From: a virus
Length of the DNA: 64,000 bases
Direction: 5' to 3' (one strand)
Virus record (IMG/VR): IMGVR_UViG_3300022562_002256
Span: 32,001 to 96,000 of that record
This document shows positions 62,097-64,000 of this stretch, piece by piece (within the stretch, counting starts at the first letter, position 1; each line of letters begins with the position of its first letter). The notes beneath the pieces were generated by a model, which saw nothing but the letters and a program-made list of their open reading frames with translations, was not told where the DNA came from and searched no databases. Both the position numbers and the translations under genes were made by a program.

Positions 62097-62667
62097 CGGG
62101 ACGGAACACCACATCGGTCAGATAGACCACGCCGAAATCCGGCGTCATGATGTCATCATGCTTGGGGACGGTGAGCGGTGGCGAGTCCTTCGCAAGGAGT
62201 GGAGGAGCGGTCTGCGGGTTGAGCGGCACTCTGCCACTCCTGTCACATCCTGTGTGGCAGTTGTCGTGGTGCCGGAAAATCAGAAAGCACGAGAGATGGT
62301 GGCAACGGGGGGGGGCGGCGCCCTGGTTTCCGCGAGATCACCGCACCCGTTGCCGGGTGCACCCGGCAACGGGGCTGATGCTGCCATCGAACGCACCATG
62401 AGAGACATCGAGGTGAGGTGGCCAATTACAATGCGGCTGCTCGACGATGGGGCTCAAGAAAGCCGTGCCACGGAGCAAACGGTTCCGGCGGAGGCTGTCC
62501 CTTGTTCCCGCCACCGCCCTAAGCGGCACCGCACAATGCCGCTCCGGGATGACGTCAAGGCATTCGAAGAGGCGTTCGAGGCGGCTGCTACCCGGTCGGC
62601 GCCCAGCGCGGACACCAGGGCGAATGCCGCTGCCAAGAAGGTGGCGCGGAAGGGATGCAGGCGATGA
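62077..62667 (+). CDS. Hypothetical protein
   Basis: 196-aa coupled ORF. Confidence 0.5.
   Translation: MVALVVDGTEHHIGQIDHAEIRRHDVIMLGDGERWRVLRKEWRSGLRVERHSATPVTSCVAVVVVPENQKAREMVATGGGGALVSARSPHPLPGAPGNGADAAIERTMRDIEVRWPITMRLLDDGAQESRATEQTVPAEAVPCSRHRPKRHRTMPLRDDVKAFEEAFEAAATRSAPSADTRANAAAKKVARKGCRR
62346..62373. repeat. Perfect 28-bp palindrome
   Basis: CCCGTTGCCGGGTG|CACCCGGCAACGGG with no spacer. Confidence 0.95.
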
Positions 62668-63062
62668 GCGATGTGATCGAGATAGGGACGCACCGACTGT
62701 TTTGGAAGCCCGAGGTGGGGGGCGAAGGGGCTCACGGCACTGTCTGGCTTGCGCCACTGGACGCCGGTGAGACGCTGGAAGATGCCGAGGACTTGGCCAC
62801 ATGCGTCGCGGTCGGCCCCGAATGCCTTGACGAGCTTGCCGACGGGCTGCGGTGTGCCAAGCGATGGTATGGCCAACCGGTCCCAGACGAGCCGGAACTC
62901 GACGCCTTCCGGCTCGGCGTAGCGTGCGTGGTCCTCGGCGTGTCGCTTGACAGGCTTGGTGGTGGCGCGAGGAGGCCGGACCTGACTCTCGATGGTAAGC
63001 CGCTCCGCGCGAGCGCCGCCGCCAAGGTCGAACGTGCCGTTCGGGCGGCCATCGGGGGGTGA
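62664..63062 (+). CDS. Hypothetical protein
   Basis: 132-aa coupled ORF. Confidence 0.55.
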   Translation: MSDVIEIGTHRLFWKPEVGGEGAHGTVWLAPLDAGETLEDAEDLATCVAVGPECLDELADGLRCAKRWYGQPVPDEPELDAFRLGVACVVLGVSLDRLGGGARRPDLTLDGKPLRASAAAKVERAVRAAIGG

Positions 63063-63328
63063 TTGTTCGTCATGGCAGCCGAGGGAGACGTGACATCGTC
63101 GTGGTTTAGGCAAGTGGCCGAGACGCTCGCCTCGGAAATCATCGCCGCCTACGCCGCACCGAGCCGGTCCGCTGCCGGAGGAAGCCGTCTGGCGTCGTGT
63201 GATGCCATGACGGCGGTAAGGATGGAGCTGCTCGGCGAAGGGGCGGGCATCCGGTCAATTGGCCGCGCGCGTTGCAGTTGTTCAGAAAGGTGCTTATGCT
63301 TGGGCGTAAAGGCGCCATCAAACACGGA

Positions 63329-64000
63329 ATGAAGCGACGCACACGAGGACCAAGATCAGACCAGGATGCCACACGGGCTCCGTCGTGTGCCCCGCTCGGC
63401 CCTCGTCCCGCGCTGCCCGCGACGTATCACGACCTGTACGGCGACGCCGGACGGGCGCTCATCGAGTGGGCCCAGCGCGGGGATAGTGTCATGACGGGGG
63501 CCATTCTCACTGCCAACGAAGCGCTTATCGCGAAGGCGTGCGGACGGTGGCTTCGCCTCTATCCCGAGCTTCGCGACGACATCTTGCAGGAGGGACGGGC
63601 AGGCTTTCTTCACGCGCTCGGCAAGTTTGAGACAGGGCGGGGTCTGGCCCTGTCGACCTACGCCGTGTCGTGGGTGCGGCACTACGTGCAGCGATACATA
63701 AAAAACCATGTGCGAACGGTGAGGGTGCCGGTATGCGCGCAAGAGAGAGTGGCGCACCTGCTGCGGGGCGGCGCTCACACGTTCGACGAGATTCTCGAGT
63801 CGGGCGGGCAGTCAGCGGTCGATGCGTGGTCTCTTCTTGGCGGGACGGTGAGCCTGGAGTCGCGCCTTCATGCGCGGGGGGATGAGGGGGGTGGCGGCGA
63901 CGAGAGATTGCCCTTGGGGGGCTTGATCGCTGACCAAGATGCCGTGAACCCGGAGATGGATGCCGTAAGGGGGGAGGCGCGCGCCCGCGTCCACCTTGCG
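63329..64000 (+). CDS. sigma70-family sigma factor, copy 2 (runs off the window; not in ORF track)
   Basis: Manual translation: LPATYHD..LIEWAQRGDSVMTGAILTANEALI..LRDDILQEGRAGFLHALGKFETGRGLALSTYAVSWVR..RTVRVPV. Confidence 0.9.
   Translation, partial: MKRRTRGPRSDQDATRAPSCAPLGPRPALPATYHDLYGDAGRALIEWAQRGDSVMTGAILTANEALIAKACGRWLRLYPELRDDILQEGRAGFLHALGKFETGRGLALSTYAVSWVRHYVQRYIKNHVRTVRVPVCAQERVAHLLRGGAHTFDEILESGGQSAVDAWSLLGGTVSLESRLHARGDEGGGGDERLPLGGLIADQDAVNPEMDAVRGEARARVHLA

Noticed and set aside
1-64000. CRISPR array, integrase/att site, reverse transcriptase, terminase or capsid genes
   Set aside because: No regularly spaced repeat-spacer array and no diagnostic motifs were recognised; such genes may lie outside the window.

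Overview
A gene-dense, very GC-rich, phage- or prophage-like segment, most likely from a virus of a myxobacterium. The host call is an inference from Cys-rich and Gly-rich lipoproteins and from heavy use of sigma54-type promoters. No integrase, terminase, portal or major capsid gene was recognised, so this looks like the early, replication and accessory part of a larger genome. Recognisable genes: TIR-like domain, two DNA methyltransferases, ComF-like PRTase, DUF262, DnaN clamp, an SbcD-SbcC fusion, Sak4-like ATPase, lytic transglycosylase, Nudix, two HAD phosphatases, Xre HTH, AAA ATPase, RecD2, SSB, JAB/MPN protease, two paralogous sigma70 factors, SF2 helicase, T5orf172, replication initiator with iterons, DnaC-like loader, DnaB, TrpF-like barrel and RusA-like resolvase. 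The most striking non-coding signals are three. (1) At least ten -24/-12 (sigma54-type) promoters between 5 and 25.5 kb, eight in divergent pairs, most placing the ATG at about +3/+4, with shared upstream motifs. (2) A roughly 700-nt, densely folded region with no convincing ORF, downstream of one such promoter and directly before tRNA-Tyr, containing a retron msr/msd-like domain although no reverse transcriptase is in the window. (3) A 122-nt tRNA-like gene with an AGA anticodon and a 48-nt variable arm directly upstream of the TIR gene. All family calls come from motifs read by eye; no database searches were run.
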